Below are positions 16,263 to 27,101 of a stretch of DNA of 46,731 nucleotides, piece after piece. The notes under the pieces are model-generated. The model worked only from the letters and a program-made list of their open reading frames with translations. It ran no database searches and was not told the DNA's origin. Numbering within the stretch: position 1 is the first letter of the stretch; each line of letters starts with the position of its first letter. Both the position numbers and the translations under genes were made by a program. Origin of the DNA: a virus (Duplodnaviria > Caudoviricetes); the IMG/VR virus record IMGVR_UViG_3300046009_004019, positions 1-46,731 of that record; one strand, written 5' to 3'.

Positions 16263-18634
16263 ACATCATAGAGATGGAGGACATGGTCAAGGGACTTCCC
16301 GACCAACTCCTCATGCAAGAAGCGCAGGCTCCTTCGGGTCGCATCCCGCAGTTCTTGGCGTTGTCGGAAGTGCAGCGCCGAAAGGACATGCGTGATCGCT
16401 TTCAGCAGCAGGCTCCGCAGCAGACTGTCAAGGACATGATCCTAGGGGGCACCGCTGGTCCGCCTTCACCCCAGCCACCGCCGATACCCGGTGGCACCCA
16501 ACCCGGCGGTGCCCCTCCTCAACCCGTGATGGCGTATGGCGGTGGCCGTATGCCGAACATGTACGCCGATGGCGGAAGCATCTCCGCTGGTCAGCAGGCT
16601 GAGGCAGTTAAGCAAGCATCTAGTGCTAAGGCTGGCTTACAAGATTTCTTCCGCCAGAACTTCGCTACCCCGCAAGGTCTGGGTCGATTGGCAGCAGGCG
16701 CACTAGGAACGGCTGTGGGCGGTCCTTTGGCTGGGTACGCTGCATCACAAGGGTTCAATCGTCTGTTCCCCATGGGGCCGTCTGCTTTGGAAAAGGCTGT
16801 CCAGAATGTGCAGACAGCCAACAATCCGTTTGGCATGTATGGCCAGAGTTTCTCTGATGCAGGCGCTGTCCGTCAGGCAGAAATGGATCATGCCGGTGCT
16901 ATGGCGTTAGGGAACCGCTATGAGGGTTACCTGAATCGAATGACCAATCCGTTCGCGGGAACTGGTTCCGGCATCGTCCGAGATGAACGTCTCGGTGATG
17001 ACAGTTTAAACATGGGTCTTGGCGCATTCACTGGCATGGCTGGTGGTGGGCATGTTCCCGGAACAATCTTCATGCAGTCGGGCAAGCAGGTTGACATTTA
17101 TAAGTTAGCCAACCTAAGCGCCACTGATCGGGAAAGAATTACTCGTCAATTTGAACGGCTGGGCATGAATGCGGATTTTGTCAGGCAGTATGCTATGAGT
17201 CCGCAAAATTTCGATGCTCTTCCGTTAGCGGAACGCAAACAGTTATTTGAAAGGCTTGCAGCAAATGAAGCGGGATCTCCGCAAGTCAATGCTCCTGCTC
17301 CGGGAAATCTGGAGCAATACACTGGAGCATACGGTCGCCTGCAAGGAACCCCAGATATTCGTTTGCTTATTGAGCAAGGCTCCCCTGATCAAATCAAAAC
17401 TGCGTTTGCTGAGTCGATTCAAGCCGGTGATGATCAGACTGCAAGCGTGATTCAGCGCATGGCTGTGGGTCGCGGCAAGGCGGATCAAGGAGAATTGCTT
17501 GATATCGGCAAACAACTTCGCCTGCTCCGTGGTCAACAGCAATCACAACTCAGAGCATCAGAAAGAGCGGCTGCTTCAGAGCAAGAGAAATTAGCGCAAC
17601 AAAATCGGGCTAATTATTTATTGACCGGACAACAGCCCCCTGCAGCGGCACCCCCGGTTGCCGCAACTGCGCCTCCGGCTGCTGCTCCGCCTGCTGCTCT
17701 GCCTGTTGCTGGCGCGACTTCCGGCCCTGTAGCCGGTTCTATGCCCAGCACTCAAAACGCTGGCGCAATGCTTGATGAAACAACCGCGCTTATTCCAAGT
17801 TCATACAATGTAATCGCAGGTCTTTTGGGAACTCCAGAAACCCCTGCATTACCTGCGGGTCCAACACAAGCGCCATTTATAGATTTTTCACCACTAACGA
17901 GCGCCGTTGAAAAAGGCGGTCAAGAAGCAGTGGCTAGATATGAAAAGTCAATTAAAGATATTGAGGAGCAGTTTAAGAAGGAAAGGCTTGGCGCTGTTCT
18001 GACCACGCTTGGTGCCAATCTTATGGCGGGTGAAGGTGCGCTTGGCCTTGAAAAGGCAGGCACTATTGCCCAGCAAATTGGTAAAGAGATGCGTCAGGAA
18101 GTGGGTACTGAGAAACGCGCACTTGAATCAGCGCGTCAAAGTACGCAAGATAAAATGCTTACCTTGCAACTTCAGGAGATCACTGACAAAGCCAGTGTTC
18201 AAAGAGACTTCCTCAAGCGGAAGGATGAGTTTGCTCAGTTTGCTTACAACGCTGAAGTTGCTAAGGGAGCCAGCCAACAAGCGGCAAAAGCATCTGCGCT
18301 CACTATTGCTGGGAATCTTGCGTCCAACACTGTTGGCCGCTTGAAGGCATTGGAAGAGCAGAACGCACTCAATATTCGTTCGTTCATTAACGCAATGGCA
18401 GATGAAAGCAAAACAGTTCTTGAATTGGTTAATTCCGCTGTCGGCTTAGACCCAACTCAAAAGATTAGTAAATACAATGAGTTAATGGAATCTAGAATCC
18501 GGGCTTACGGTGCGTTGTATCCAAACATCGATACTGCATCTGTCATTTCAGCATTTAAACAGTCACCAACTACTACCGCAGGAAACAACAGGCAAGGAGA
18601 AAGACCTCCATTGAGTGGTTTTCAAGGCAGTTGA
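16259..18634 (+). CDS. Internal virion / ejection protein
   Basis: 791 aa, LPDQ.L..E...PSG.IPQFLALSE.QRR..MR N-terminus, Ala/Pro linkers, helical C-terminus. Lies between the pilot and the giant internal protein. Confidence 0.6.
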   Translation: MNIIEMEDMVKGLPDQLLMQEAQAPSGRIPQFLALSEVQRRKDMRDRFQQQAPQQTVKDMILGGTAGPPSPQPPPIPGGTQPGGAPPQPVMAYGGGRMPNMYADGGSISAGQQAEAVKQASSAKAGLQDFFRQNFATPQGLGRLAAGALGTAVGGPLAGYAASQGFNRLFPMGPSALEKAVQNVQTANNPFGMYGQSFSDAGAVRQAEMDHAGAMALGNRYEGYLNRMTNPFAGTGSGIVRDERLGDDSLNMGLGAFTGMAGGGHVPGTIFMQSGKQVDIYKLANLSATDRERITRQFERLGMNADFVRQYAMSPQNFDALPLAERKQLFERLAANEAGSPQVNAPAPGNLEQYTGAYGRLQGTPDIRLLIEQGSPDQIKTAFAESIQAGDDQTASVIQRMAVGRGKADQGELLDIGKQLRLLRGQQQSQLRASERAAASEQEKLAQQNRANYLLTGQQPPAAAPPVAATAPPAAAPPAALPVAGATSGPVAGSMPSTQNAGAMLDETTALIPSSYNVIAGLLGTPETPALPAGPTQAPFIDFSPLTSAVEKGGQEAVARYEKSIKDIEEQFKKERLGAVLTTLGANLMAGEGALGLEKAGTIAQQIGKEMRQEVGTEKRALESARQSTQDKMLTLQLQEITDKASVQRDFLKRKDEFAQFAYNAEVAKGASQQAAKASALTIAGNLASNTVGRLKALEEQNALNIRSFINAMADESKTVLELVNSAVGLDPTQKISKYNELMESRIRAYGALYPNIDTASVISAFKQSPTTTAGNNRQGERPPLSGFQGS

Positions 18635-18644
18635 GATTTAACAC

Positions 18645-21600
18645 ATGGCATTTGATATTGTTGGCGCTAGAAAAGCCGGGTATTCAGATGATGAAATCGC
18701 CCAATATCTTTCTGAGCAGAAAAAGTTTGATTACTCTGGGGCTGTTGGGGCTGGGTATACCTCTTCTGAAATTTTAAATTTCCTTACGGAACCTGAGCGC
18801 ACAGTCCTTGGCCAAGTAGGCGAGACGTTTAAAGGCGCTGGCCGTGGGTTTGCTGGCGCGTTCCTGTCTGCTGGCGAAGGCTTGGCGGAACTAGCCGATG
18901 CCGCCACCAATGTGGTGGGCCTGAAAGATGCCATTGATTCAGGCAAAGAGAACGAACTTGTTAAGGCTTCTCGCGCTGGCCGAGACTGGATTAGCAACAG
19001 CGCACTGGGTGTAGATCCCAACTACGCCGATGCTTGGTGGACCAAGTTCGGCGAGGGTGTGGGATCGATGGCCTCGTTCCTGACCCCCACCGTGGGGCTT
19101 CGCGCACTGGGCGCAGCAGGCAAAGCCACCCGGCTTGGCATGGGAACCCGAGAGTTAGGTGCAGCAGCAACTCTTGCTACGGGAGCCGGTGCAGGCGAAC
19201 AAGCCCAGCGTGTAGACGCAGCACGGGCGCAAGGTATTGATGTCTCTGAAGGTCAAGAAGATGCCGCCGTTGCACTAGGTAGTTTGATTGGCGCATCTGA
19301 AATTGCCCCGATTGCTCAGATCCTAAAGCGGGTTCCCAGCAATATCACCCCGGCTGACAAGTCCCGCATCTTGGATCTTCTGCAGAAATCTATTCGTGGT
19401 GGTGCAGAAGAGGCCGTACAGGAATCCGGTGCAGGTCTCTTACAAGATCTGACTGAGCGCGGGATCTACAACGAGAACCTCCCGATTGGTCAGTCCTTCT
19501 GGGATGATCTGACCGTAGGCGGTGCAGTCGGTGCGTTCACCGATTTCGTGGTCAATGCTGCAGCCGGTCGCCGCAGTTTCTTGACCACCGAAGCCCAGCG
19601 CGAGTACGAGGCGAAAGCCCGTGAGCGCGAACAGTCCAACATTGAAAAGATTCGTGCTGCTCTGACCACTGAAGCCGAGCGTCGTGCGAATCGTCAGGCT
19701 GACCCTGCTGCATTCGGTAAGGCAGCAGAAGCCGCTCAGGCAGGCGCTGTTAACATCCCTGCTCCTACGGTGGATGGTGCCCCTGTAACGGCTGGGCAGG
19801 CTTATGCGCGGCTGATATCGCGGGAACTGGGGGAATTCTTCCCCACCAATACCAAGTTCGAAGTCAAAGAGACGGAACCCACTGTCACTGAGACAGGCGA
19901 ACGCATTCCCAACTATGTGGTGGTGGACTCCACTGGCAAGCAGTATGGCCAGCCAGTTCAAGATTACGAGCAGGCTGTTGGCCTGTCTTATGGTTTAAAC
20001 AATGAAGTGATCGATGGCCAGATCCGTGGTCAGATTCTCAACACCCTTGAGAATGCCGGTCAGTCATACGATCAGGTTACCACCGATACATTGACTCGTT
20101 ACGGGTATCAGATCCTGAACCCGGAAGCGAACATGATCACCTCGGCTGCACTCAACGAAGCAGCCGGTACGACAGCCGATAAAGGCTACGTTGAGAACTA
20201 TAGTTTCCAAACCATCCTTGATGGCCAAGAGGTCAAGGAAGATGGCAAGACTGTAGGCTATAAGATACAGGGGCCAAATCAGAAAGAGACCGTGGTTCCC
20301 GGCCTGACCCTCGCGCAAAAGATCAATCAGCAGCGCAAAGCCAAGGGCTTACCTGAAACCCAGACGTTCACCGTTGAAGAAGCCCGTGATGCATTAGGCG
20401 ATAAGTTTGAACGCCTGACCGATATCAATGTGCAGGCCATCCCCGATGGCATGACTTACACCGCGACCCTGATCGATGGTAAGCCGTCTGTGGTCAGCGA
20501 TGTGCAAGAAGTCTTTACCTCCCGCTTTGCTAACCAAGAAGACAGTGATGCGGCAGGCAAGAACGAGGACGGAACACCGAAGGTCAAGGTAGGCCAGAAG
20601 ATTGAACTGCAGTCTTTGGAAGATGCTCAGGCTTTTGCAGACCGCAAGAACCGTGAAGCGGCCAAGGGCCAAGGACTGTCAATCCAAGAGATCAATGCCC
20701 TGATGAAGGGCGAGAAGACCCTTACCAACGAAGTCACTCGTCTACTTAAAGCCAAGAACGTCGGATCAGAAATTGATACGCCGGAAGTCAAGGCACTGTT
20801 TAAATCTATTGTCGGCAAGGAATCGCTGGCTGACATGAACTTCGGCGAGCAGCGGTTGCTGTACGCACGTCTGCGTAATCTGCCGATGTTCGAAGCCACC
20901 ACGAAGTTGCCGCTCTTCGAAGCCAAGCCGTACACCCGCGAGAACTTTCTTCGTGCATCGAAGTTTGTACAGGATGCTAACGCGCTGGATCAGTCTGTCA
21001 CTGACGAACAGATTGCAGAGGCAGCAGGATTCCTGCCGGGTGATGAGCGTCTGCAGATCAAGGTCGATGCGATCAAGCAGGACCTGCAGAAGCAGGGGGT
21101 TCCCACAGTAAGAGCAGCCAAGCCTGTTCTTGCGCTGCCTGCCCCGACCGATACCACCGATACCTACAACTTCCTGCGTGAAGAGATCCGCAAGAAGATG
21201 AAAGGGTTCGGGCTGGATGATATCGCCACCCGCATTGATCAGACCCTGCTCAACTACGGCGACCCTGTCCGTTACATGCAGGAGGTGGGAGCCGAGACCG
21301 AGGGGTATTACAACCCGTTCCTGCGCGAGATCACCTTGGCTGTGGATCGTGTTGATCCCAACAAGACGCTGACCCCAGAGCAGCGGGTTAATGCATTGGT
21401 TGATGTCCTGAACCACGAGATCGTTCACCCTGCACGGGAACTGGATCTGTGGACCGGTCAAGAATGGGACACTCTGTCTAACGCTGCAGCCAAACTGAAG
21501 CGCCGCGACGATCAAGGTAACCCGATCAACGAGACCTATCTGCAATGGGCGCGTCGGACGTATGCCGATCAGAGTCCGTTGGTTCAGGAAGAAGAGGCCG

Positions 21601-24600
21601 TTGCTGATCTTAGCCGTCAGGCCAAGAAGTTTGGTGCCAAGGCTGTCGCTGGCAAGCCAAAAGTTCTTGTAGACAAACTGTTTAAATTCTTCGACAGGCT
21701 GGACAACTCGTTCCGTGGCGCTGGGTTCCAGAACTACAGCGACATCTTGGATCGTCTGCAGTCTGGCGAGATTGGTGCCCGTACCCGTGGTGAGATCAGA
21801 ACGCTTCGTGCGACTGAAGCAGAACTGGCACAGCAGGGCATACTGCCTGAGCGATTCGCAGACTATCAGCCGATCATTGCCACCCCGGTTGCGCGGAACC
21901 AAGAGCGCGAGAAGAAGAAGGTTCAGGTACAGCAACAGGTGCAAGAGAAAGCACCGGCTGGAACTGACTTCAATCCTGCGTTGCTGGAAAACGCAGCCAT
22001 TCGCGAGTCACGTCGCAGTATTGAGAGTGTGCCTGCCAACATTGAGGTGGCTGGCAGATTGAAGCCAACCTTGGACTCAGAAAACCGAGTCATTTACTCA
22101 GGCTATGAAGGGCCGGAGGTGTTCGGTATTCAGACCAAGCCTACACAAGAAGGTCTGCAGAACTTCTGGAACTGGTTTGGCGACAGCAAGACCACTGACA
22201 AGCAGGGCCGTCCGTTGGTGTTCTACCATGGAACCGCTGCTGATATCACTGCCTTCCGTCCCAAGCAGGCCGGGTCTGTGTTCGTTACCCGCAGCCCTGA
22301 GTTCGCAGAAGAGTTCGGATTCTTGTCTGACAACTACATGGTCAGCAACTTCCCAGACTTCATGTCTGATCAGCAAGTGCTGGAAGTTCTTGATGAGACT
22401 CTCGCCAACCCGGCTTCGTTCTCACCTAAGTACTACGAACAAGTGTCTGCTGCCAGAGAACAAGTGGCTGCAGATGTGCAAGCAGGCAAGGCGATTCGCC
22501 CTGCTGCATTGAAACCCATTAAAGAAATTGCAGCCGCTGGTCGCAGTTCCCGCTATCTGAATGCGATTCAGAAACGACTACCGTCCAGTGCCAACATGAT
22601 CCCGGTCTATGTCAAAGCGGAGAATCCGTTTGACTACGACAACAAGGAACATATCAACAGAGTTCTAAAGAAAGTCAGGGAAATTTCCCCGATTGATCTT
22701 GACTCAGGACAAATAGAGCAGTTTAAAAAGGGCGACTGGAAAACCATTGAAGGAGAGGATGGCAACTCCCCAATCCTTGATGCAATCCGAGAACTCGGCT
22801 TTGATTCCATGTATGTGGAAGAGCAAGGTGAGAAGAACCTTGCTGTCTTTGATCCGGGTCAAGTCAAGTCTGCCATTGGAAACAACGGCGACTTTAGCCC
22901 ATTGACCCCGAGCATTCGGGAGTCGCGTCGCGCAGCACCTGCTGGTGAATCGCCGAACGTAGTTTCTATTATGTCCAACGAGGAGTTGCCGCCAAGAAAG
23001 ATGGCTGGCAAGACTCAGGTCGCGCAGTTCCTGCAAGATCGTGCGTTGGAAAGACTGGGTCGTGTTCGTGATTTAAACAGCGAAGCAGACCGAGATGCCA
23101 TTGCCGATGATCTCGTAGAGGAAGCCCTCTATGAGATGGACGTGCAGAAGAATGCGTTGGAGTGGTACGACACCACCATTGAGCGCACCATCGAAATGCT
23201 TGCGCTCAAGCATCCGGAGATCAAGACTGATCCCAATGCGCGTACTGCATTCCTCACTGGCCTTGCCATTACTTCTCAGAACCTTGCGGTTCCGGATAAC
23301 CTCAAGTACGCCGAGGAAGTTTACAGTTACTTCAAGCGTACTGGCCGGTTCCCAGAAAAGGGATACGGATCAAAGGCTGGTTCCATCAAGAAGAATTTCC
23401 AGAAAGCAAACAAACTTATTGATCGATTGGGTTCCATGGAACTCTTCACGGAGTTTTTACAAACCAAGTTCCGCGCTGGAGATTTAAACGGAATTTTGAA
23501 AGACCATCTTGGCAAGGGCGCTAAGGTTGGCGGTGAACTGGTTGACGCTCCGGTCTACGGATCTGCTGTGTTCGGACCCAAGATTGGCAATGGGTTCTAT
23601 ACCAATCTGCGTGGCGACTTCAGCCCGGTCACCATTGACATGTGGTTCATGCGAACCATTGGCCGTTTGCGCGGCAAGTTAATGGACTTCGATGAAAAGA
23701 AGTTTGCCAAGCAATTGAATCGTCTTGCCAAAGCGGAAGGCATGGAGGGCGCGTCAACGGATGATCTTGTTGCCCGAGCAAATCAACTTTCGAAACAGCA
23801 CGAGAGCGACTTTAAGAAGTTCCGCTCAGAGTATGACGCTGGCATTCGCAAGAAGTCCGAAGCGACAAATGCTGCGATTACGATTGTCAAATCATTGAAG
23901 GCAACTCGGGATGCTCCTTCTACGGGAACTGAACGAGCGCAACTGCGTGATGTTGTGAATCGTGCAGTCAGCAAACTTAAAGATCGTACTGGTCAGGACA
24001 TCCCACCCGCTGCATTCCAAGCGTTGATATGGTATCCTGAGCAAGATCTATATAAGAAACTTGGTGTCAAGTTAAGACATGTCAGGCAGGACTATGCAAA
24101 CAGTACAAAACAATTCCTCCGTCAATCCGGAGTTGATGAACGAGCAGTCAAGCGAGCCGAGGATCGGGTTCGGGGCCGCAGACAACGTCGAGCAGAACGA
24201 GTTCGACAAGGAGCAATTGAGCCTATCGGAGGCGCAGTTGAACCAACAAGTAGCGAAGTTAGTGGAACTTTTTCGGAAGCAGAAACTGAACAAATAATTC
24301 GGGAGTCTCGCGCTCGTCCGAAAGAACAACTGGATCGTGCAGTCAAGAAAGCCGAGGAGAATATTGCCAAGGCTCCGACTGGTGCTATCCCGCTATACAA
24401 TTTAAACGCAACGCCTGAATCTATATACGTTGCACAGAATCCAGATGCTGGTGACAAACTGGATGCGAACGATTTCATTCGTTACTCGCGTCAGAATCAA
24501 CCTCAGTACAGTCCCGGTGTCGATCAGATCCTAGACAAGTTAGCGGTTGATCCTCCGAATCAAACGCCGGGACAGACTGTCATTCAGTCTATGCAGATGC

Positions 24601-27101
24601 CGAAGTATCGGGATCTCATTGACAAACTTCGCCAGCAGTTCATCTTTAACTACTCGCGTCTGGAGTACTACAACCAGAATCATCCGAGCCTGTTGCAAAA
24701 CTCTGCGGATGTAAACTCATTGGTTGGCGCTGAAATGGCAGATCGCCATCGTGCTATCAGCGCGGCTGCAGTAACAGACGGTGTACCTGTGTACCGCAAT
24801 GGCGTGACCAAAGTGGAGAAGTTCATCCACAATGGTCGCGAGTACAAGGGCCTGATCGATGTCATGGCCCCGCTGTATAGCAATCAGTACGGGAACCTTG
24901 AGCGGCTTGCTCAATCGTATGCCATTGCCCTGCGTGGTCGCCGTTTAACCGCTGAAGGAAAGTTAGCGCCGGGTGACCCTACAGATCTTCCGAGATTGGA
25001 AGCCGAGGTGGCAAGGTTCATCAATCCAAACACTGGCGACCCAATCATCAAGGAATGGTATGACGCATGGCAGGCGTACAACGGATACGTTGTCCAATTC
25101 CTGCGTGATACCGGAATGATCGACGATGCTGGCGCACAGTTGTGGCTGCAGCAATCGGATTACATTCCGTTTTATCGGGAAACAAAGGCGGGTACGGTTG
25201 CTCATCCGAAGATCTTTGGTGGATTGACTTCGACTACCCACATGAAGTCAGTGGGCAAGAGTTCTGAAGCCATTAACCTTCCGTTGCTGGATTCCATCCT
25301 GACCAATCTGGATGCAGCGATTGGCATGGGCATGAGGAACGTCGCCCAGCAGCGCATCGTTCGTGACATGGTGACCATTGGCATGGGACGCATGGCTCGT
25401 CCGGGCGAAGCACTGGAAGGATTGATGACTGCCACCTTCAAGGTGCAAGGCAAAAAGTACACCGCCATTCTGGAAGATCCGTTGATCTTTGAATCCATGC
25501 AGGCACTGCCTGATATGGGCGCGGCAGGTATTTTGGAGAGTGTATTCAGGGTTCCCGCAACAGTCCTTCGCGAACTGATCACACGGGAACCGGGCTACAT
25601 GGTTGCGAACATGCTTCGCGATACCGCCTCTGCAGCCCTCACTACGGGTGCCAACATTATCCCTGTCTACGATACTGTCAAGAACTTTGCTAGCGGTCTA
25701 GACAATCTGCGTCGGCTTGGTGTGGTTGGTGGGTACGACTTCGCCCGTGACCCAGAAGACATGACGGCATTCCTTGCTGATGAAGCTAAGAAGCGCGGTC
25801 ATAAAATACCCGCAGAGTTTGGGAAGTTAGATCAAATCACCCGATCTAAATACATGCGCCCGTTTAAATGGGCATGGGATGCGCTGGGTCAGGTGACTGA
25901 CAAAGCAGAAGCCTCAACCCGTCAAGCGGTATACGAAGACACCTTAAAGCGAACTGGCAACGAGGCCGAGGCTATTTATCAGGCGTTGTCGGTTATCAAC
26001 TATGGACGGCGTGGTCGCAACCCAAGCCTCCGTGCGTTGACGGCAGCGGTGCCGTTCTTGAATGCGCGTATCCAAGGTTTGGATAAGTTGTATCAGGCTG
26101 GCACCGGACAGGTCGGCGCTTTCAGGGATCGTCGCAAGAACTTCGCTCGGTTCGTGATGAGAGCCGGGTTTATGGTGGGATTGACTGGCTTGTATTACGC
26201 GCTTGTCTCGGACGATGACGAGTACAAGAACGCCAATCCGGAGACGATAGATAACTACTACATCCTGCCGACCCCGATGGACTTTGCGGTCAAGATCCCG
26301 ATTCCATTCGAAGTGGGTTTGTTGTTCAAGACCCTACCTGAACGAGCATTGCGTCGGTATCACGATGTGGATGTGGAGCGCGATACAGAGCAGTCATTGC
26401 TTCGTGCAGTCACGAGTACTCTGGCGTTTAACCCAGTTCCACAAGCAGTACTGCCGATTGCAGAAGTCATTGCCAACTACGATACGTTCACGGGCAGGGC
26501 GCTTATCCCGCCGTATATGGATGAGCGTATGGCTGCTGAGTATCAAGCCCGGTTCGGGACCAATGAGTTGGCTCGTATCCTTGGCGAAGCCACTGGCATG
26601 TCTCCCATCAAGATCGATCACTTGTTGAACGGTTACTTTGGCACCTTGGGAACCTACACGTTGGATGCTGTGGACCATGTCATGCGTGATGCAGATCGGA
26701 TGTATCCGTCGCGTGATCCGTATGAGTATCCGTTTGTACGTCGGTTCTTTGCTGATGCTAATCAGCCGGGACTGCAGTCTCAGTACTACGATCTCTACAA
26801 GGAAGTGGGTAAGGTCACCAACACCATCCGTCAGTTGCGTGAGGATGGTCGCGTCGATGAACTCAACGCTTACATCATGGAGAATCAGAACATCCTTGGC
26901 GTAAAGACCAGCGTGGATTATCTGAACAAAGTCATGAAGCGTTATCGCGACCAGAAGGAGGCGATCCTCAAGTCGCCGCTGGAGCCTGATGTCAAGAAGG
27001 AACTAATCGACCAAATGGATGCGGACATCAACAGGGCATTGCAGATTATCCCTGTCCTGAAACAGGCAGCGTTTAGTGAAGAAAGACAAACACTCCAGTA
27101 G
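18645..27101 (+). CDS. Large polyvalent (injected) protein: zincin metallopeptidase, ART-like, HhH-like and C-terminal LPD38-like domains
   Basis: 2818 aa. HEIVH...EEEAVAD (~21414-21608); GRPLVFYHGT...PVYVK..NPFD...GFDS...AVFDPGQVKSA; GPKIG..F..NL.G....VTID.W..R; C-terminal VPFLNARIQGLDK...KIPIPFE.G.LF...SP.KIDHL..GYFG.LG. Confidence 0.85.
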   Translation: MAFDIVGARKAGYSDDEIAQYLSEQKKFDYSGAVGAGYTSSEILNFLTEPERTVLGQVGETFKGAGRGFAGAFLSAGEGLAELADAATNVVGLKDAIDSGKENELVKASRAGRDWISNSALGVDPNYADAWWTKFGEGVGSMASFLTPTVGLRALGAAGKATRLGMGTRELGAAATLATGAGAGEQAQRVDAARAQGIDVSEGQEDAAVALGSLIGASEIAPIAQILKRVPSNITPADKSRILDLLQKSIRGGAEEAVQESGAGLLQDLTERGIYNENLPIGQSFWDDLTVGGAVGAFTDFVVNAAAGRRSFLTTEAQREYEAKAREREQSNIEKIRAALTTEAERRANRQADPAAFGKAAEAAQAGAVNIPAPTVDGAPVTAGQAYARLISRELGEFFPTNTKFEVKETEPTVTETGERIPNYVVVDSTGKQYGQPVQDYEQAVGLSYGLNNEVIDGQIRGQILNTLENAGQSYDQVTTDTLTRYGYQILNPEANMITSAALNEAAGTTADKGYVENYSFQTILDGQEVKEDGKTVGYKIQGPNQKETVVPGLTLAQKINQQRKAKGLPETQTFTVEEARDALGDKFERLTDINVQAIPDGMTYTATLIDGKPSVVSDVQEVFTSRFANQEDSDAAGKNEDGTPKVKVGQKIELQSLEDAQAFADRKNREAAKGQGLSIQEINALMKGEKTLTNEVTRLLKAKNVGSEIDTPEVKALFKSIVGKESLADMNFGEQRLLYARLRNLPMFEATTKLPLFEAKPYTRENFLRASKFVQDANALDQSVTDEQIAEAAGFLPGDERLQIKVDAIKQDLQKQGVPTVRAAKPVLALPAPTDTTDTYNFLREEIRKKMKGFGLDDIATRIDQTLLNYGDPVRYMQEVGAETEGYYNPFLREITLAVDRVDPNKTLTPEQRVNALVDVLNHEIVHPARELDLWTGQEWDTLSNAAAKLKRRDDQGNPINETYLQWARRTYADQSPLVQEEEAVADLSRQAKKFGAKAVAGKPKVLVDKLFKFFDRLDNSFRGAGFQNYSDILDRLQSGEIGARTRGEIRTLRATEAELAQQGILPERFADYQPIIATPVARNQEREKKKVQVQQQVQEKAPAGTDFNPALLENAAIRESRRSIESVPANIEVAGRLKPTLDSENRVIYSGYEGPEVFGIQTKPTQEGLQNFWNWFGDSKTTDKQGRPLVFYHGTAADITAFRPKQAGSVFVTRSPEFAEEFGFLSDNYMVSNFPDFMSDQQVLEVLDETLANPASFSPKYYEQVSAAREQVAADVQAGKAIRPAALKPIKEIAAAGRSSRYLNAIQKRLPSSANMIPVYVKAENPFDYDNKEHINRVLKKVREISPIDLDSGQIEQFKKGDWKTIEGEDGNSPILDAIRELGFDSMYVEEQGEKNLAVFDPGQVKSAIGNNGDFSPLTPSIRESRRAAPAGESPNVVSIMSNEELPPRKMAGKTQVAQFLQDRALERLGRVRDLNSEADRDAIADDLVEEALYEMDVQKNALEWYDTTIERTIEMLALKHPEIKTDPNARTAFLTGLAITSQNLAVPDNLKYAEEVYSYFKRTGRFPEKGYGSKAGSIKKNFQKANKLIDRLGSMELFTEFLQTKFRAGDLNGILKDHLGKGAKVGGELVDAPVYGSAVFGPKIGNGFYTNLRGDFSPVTIDMWFMRTIGRLRGKLMDFDEKKFAKQLNRLAKAEGMEGASTDDLVARANQLSKQHESDFKKFRSEYDAGIRKKSEATNAAITIVKSLKATRDAPSTGTERAQLRDVVNRAVSKLKDRTGQDIPPAAFQALIWYPEQDLYKKLGVKLRHVRQDYANSTKQFLRQSGVDERAVKRAEDRVRGRRQRRAERVRQGAIEPIGGAVEPTSSEVSGTFSEAETEQIIRESRARPKEQLDRAVKKAEENIAKAPTGAIPLYNLNATPESIYVAQNPDAGDKLDANDFIRYSRQNQPQYSPGVDQILDKLAVDPPNQTPGQTVIQSMQMPKYRDLIDKLRQQFIFNYSRLEYYNQNHPSLLQNSADVNSLVGAEMADRHRAISAAAVTDGVPVYRNGVTKVEKFIHNGREYKGLIDVMAPLYSNQYGNLERLAQSYAIALRGRRLTAEGKLAPGDPTDLPRLEAEVARFINPNTGDPIIKEWYDAWQAYNGYVVQFLRDTGMIDDAGAQLWLQQSDYIPFYRETKAGTVAHPKIFGGLTSTTHMKSVGKSSEAINLPLLDSILTNLDAAIGMGMRNVAQQRIVRDMVTIGMGRMARPGEALEGLMTATFKVQGKKYTAILEDPLIFESMQALPDMGAAGILESVFRVPATVLRELITREPGYMVANMLRDTASAALTTGANIIPVYDTVKNFASGLDNLRRLGVVGGYDFARDPEDMTAFLADEAKKRGHKIPAEFGKLDQITRSKYMRPFKWAWDALGQVTDKAEASTRQAVYEDTLKRTGNEAEAIYQALSVINYGRRGRNPSLRALTAAVPFLNARIQGLDKLYQAGTGQVGAFRDRRKNFARFVMRAGFMVGLTGLYYALVSDDDEYKNANPETIDNYYILPTPMDFAVKIPIPFEVGLLFKTLPERALRRYHDVDVERDTEQSLLRAVTSTLAFNPVPQAVLPIAEVIANYDTFTGRALIPPYMDERMAAEYQARFGTNELARILGEATGMSPIKIDHLLNGYFGTLGTYTLDAVDHVMRDADRMYPSRDPYEYPFVRRFFADANQPGLQSQYYDLYKEVGKVTNTIRQLREDGRVDELNAYIMENQNILGVKTSVDYLNKVMKRYRDQKEAILKSPLEPDVKKELIDQMDADINRALQIIPVLKQAAFSEERQTLQ

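Noticed and set aside
20766-21944. 392-aa antisense ORF
   Set aside because: Antisense to the polyvalent gene, no motifs; expected from codon bias.
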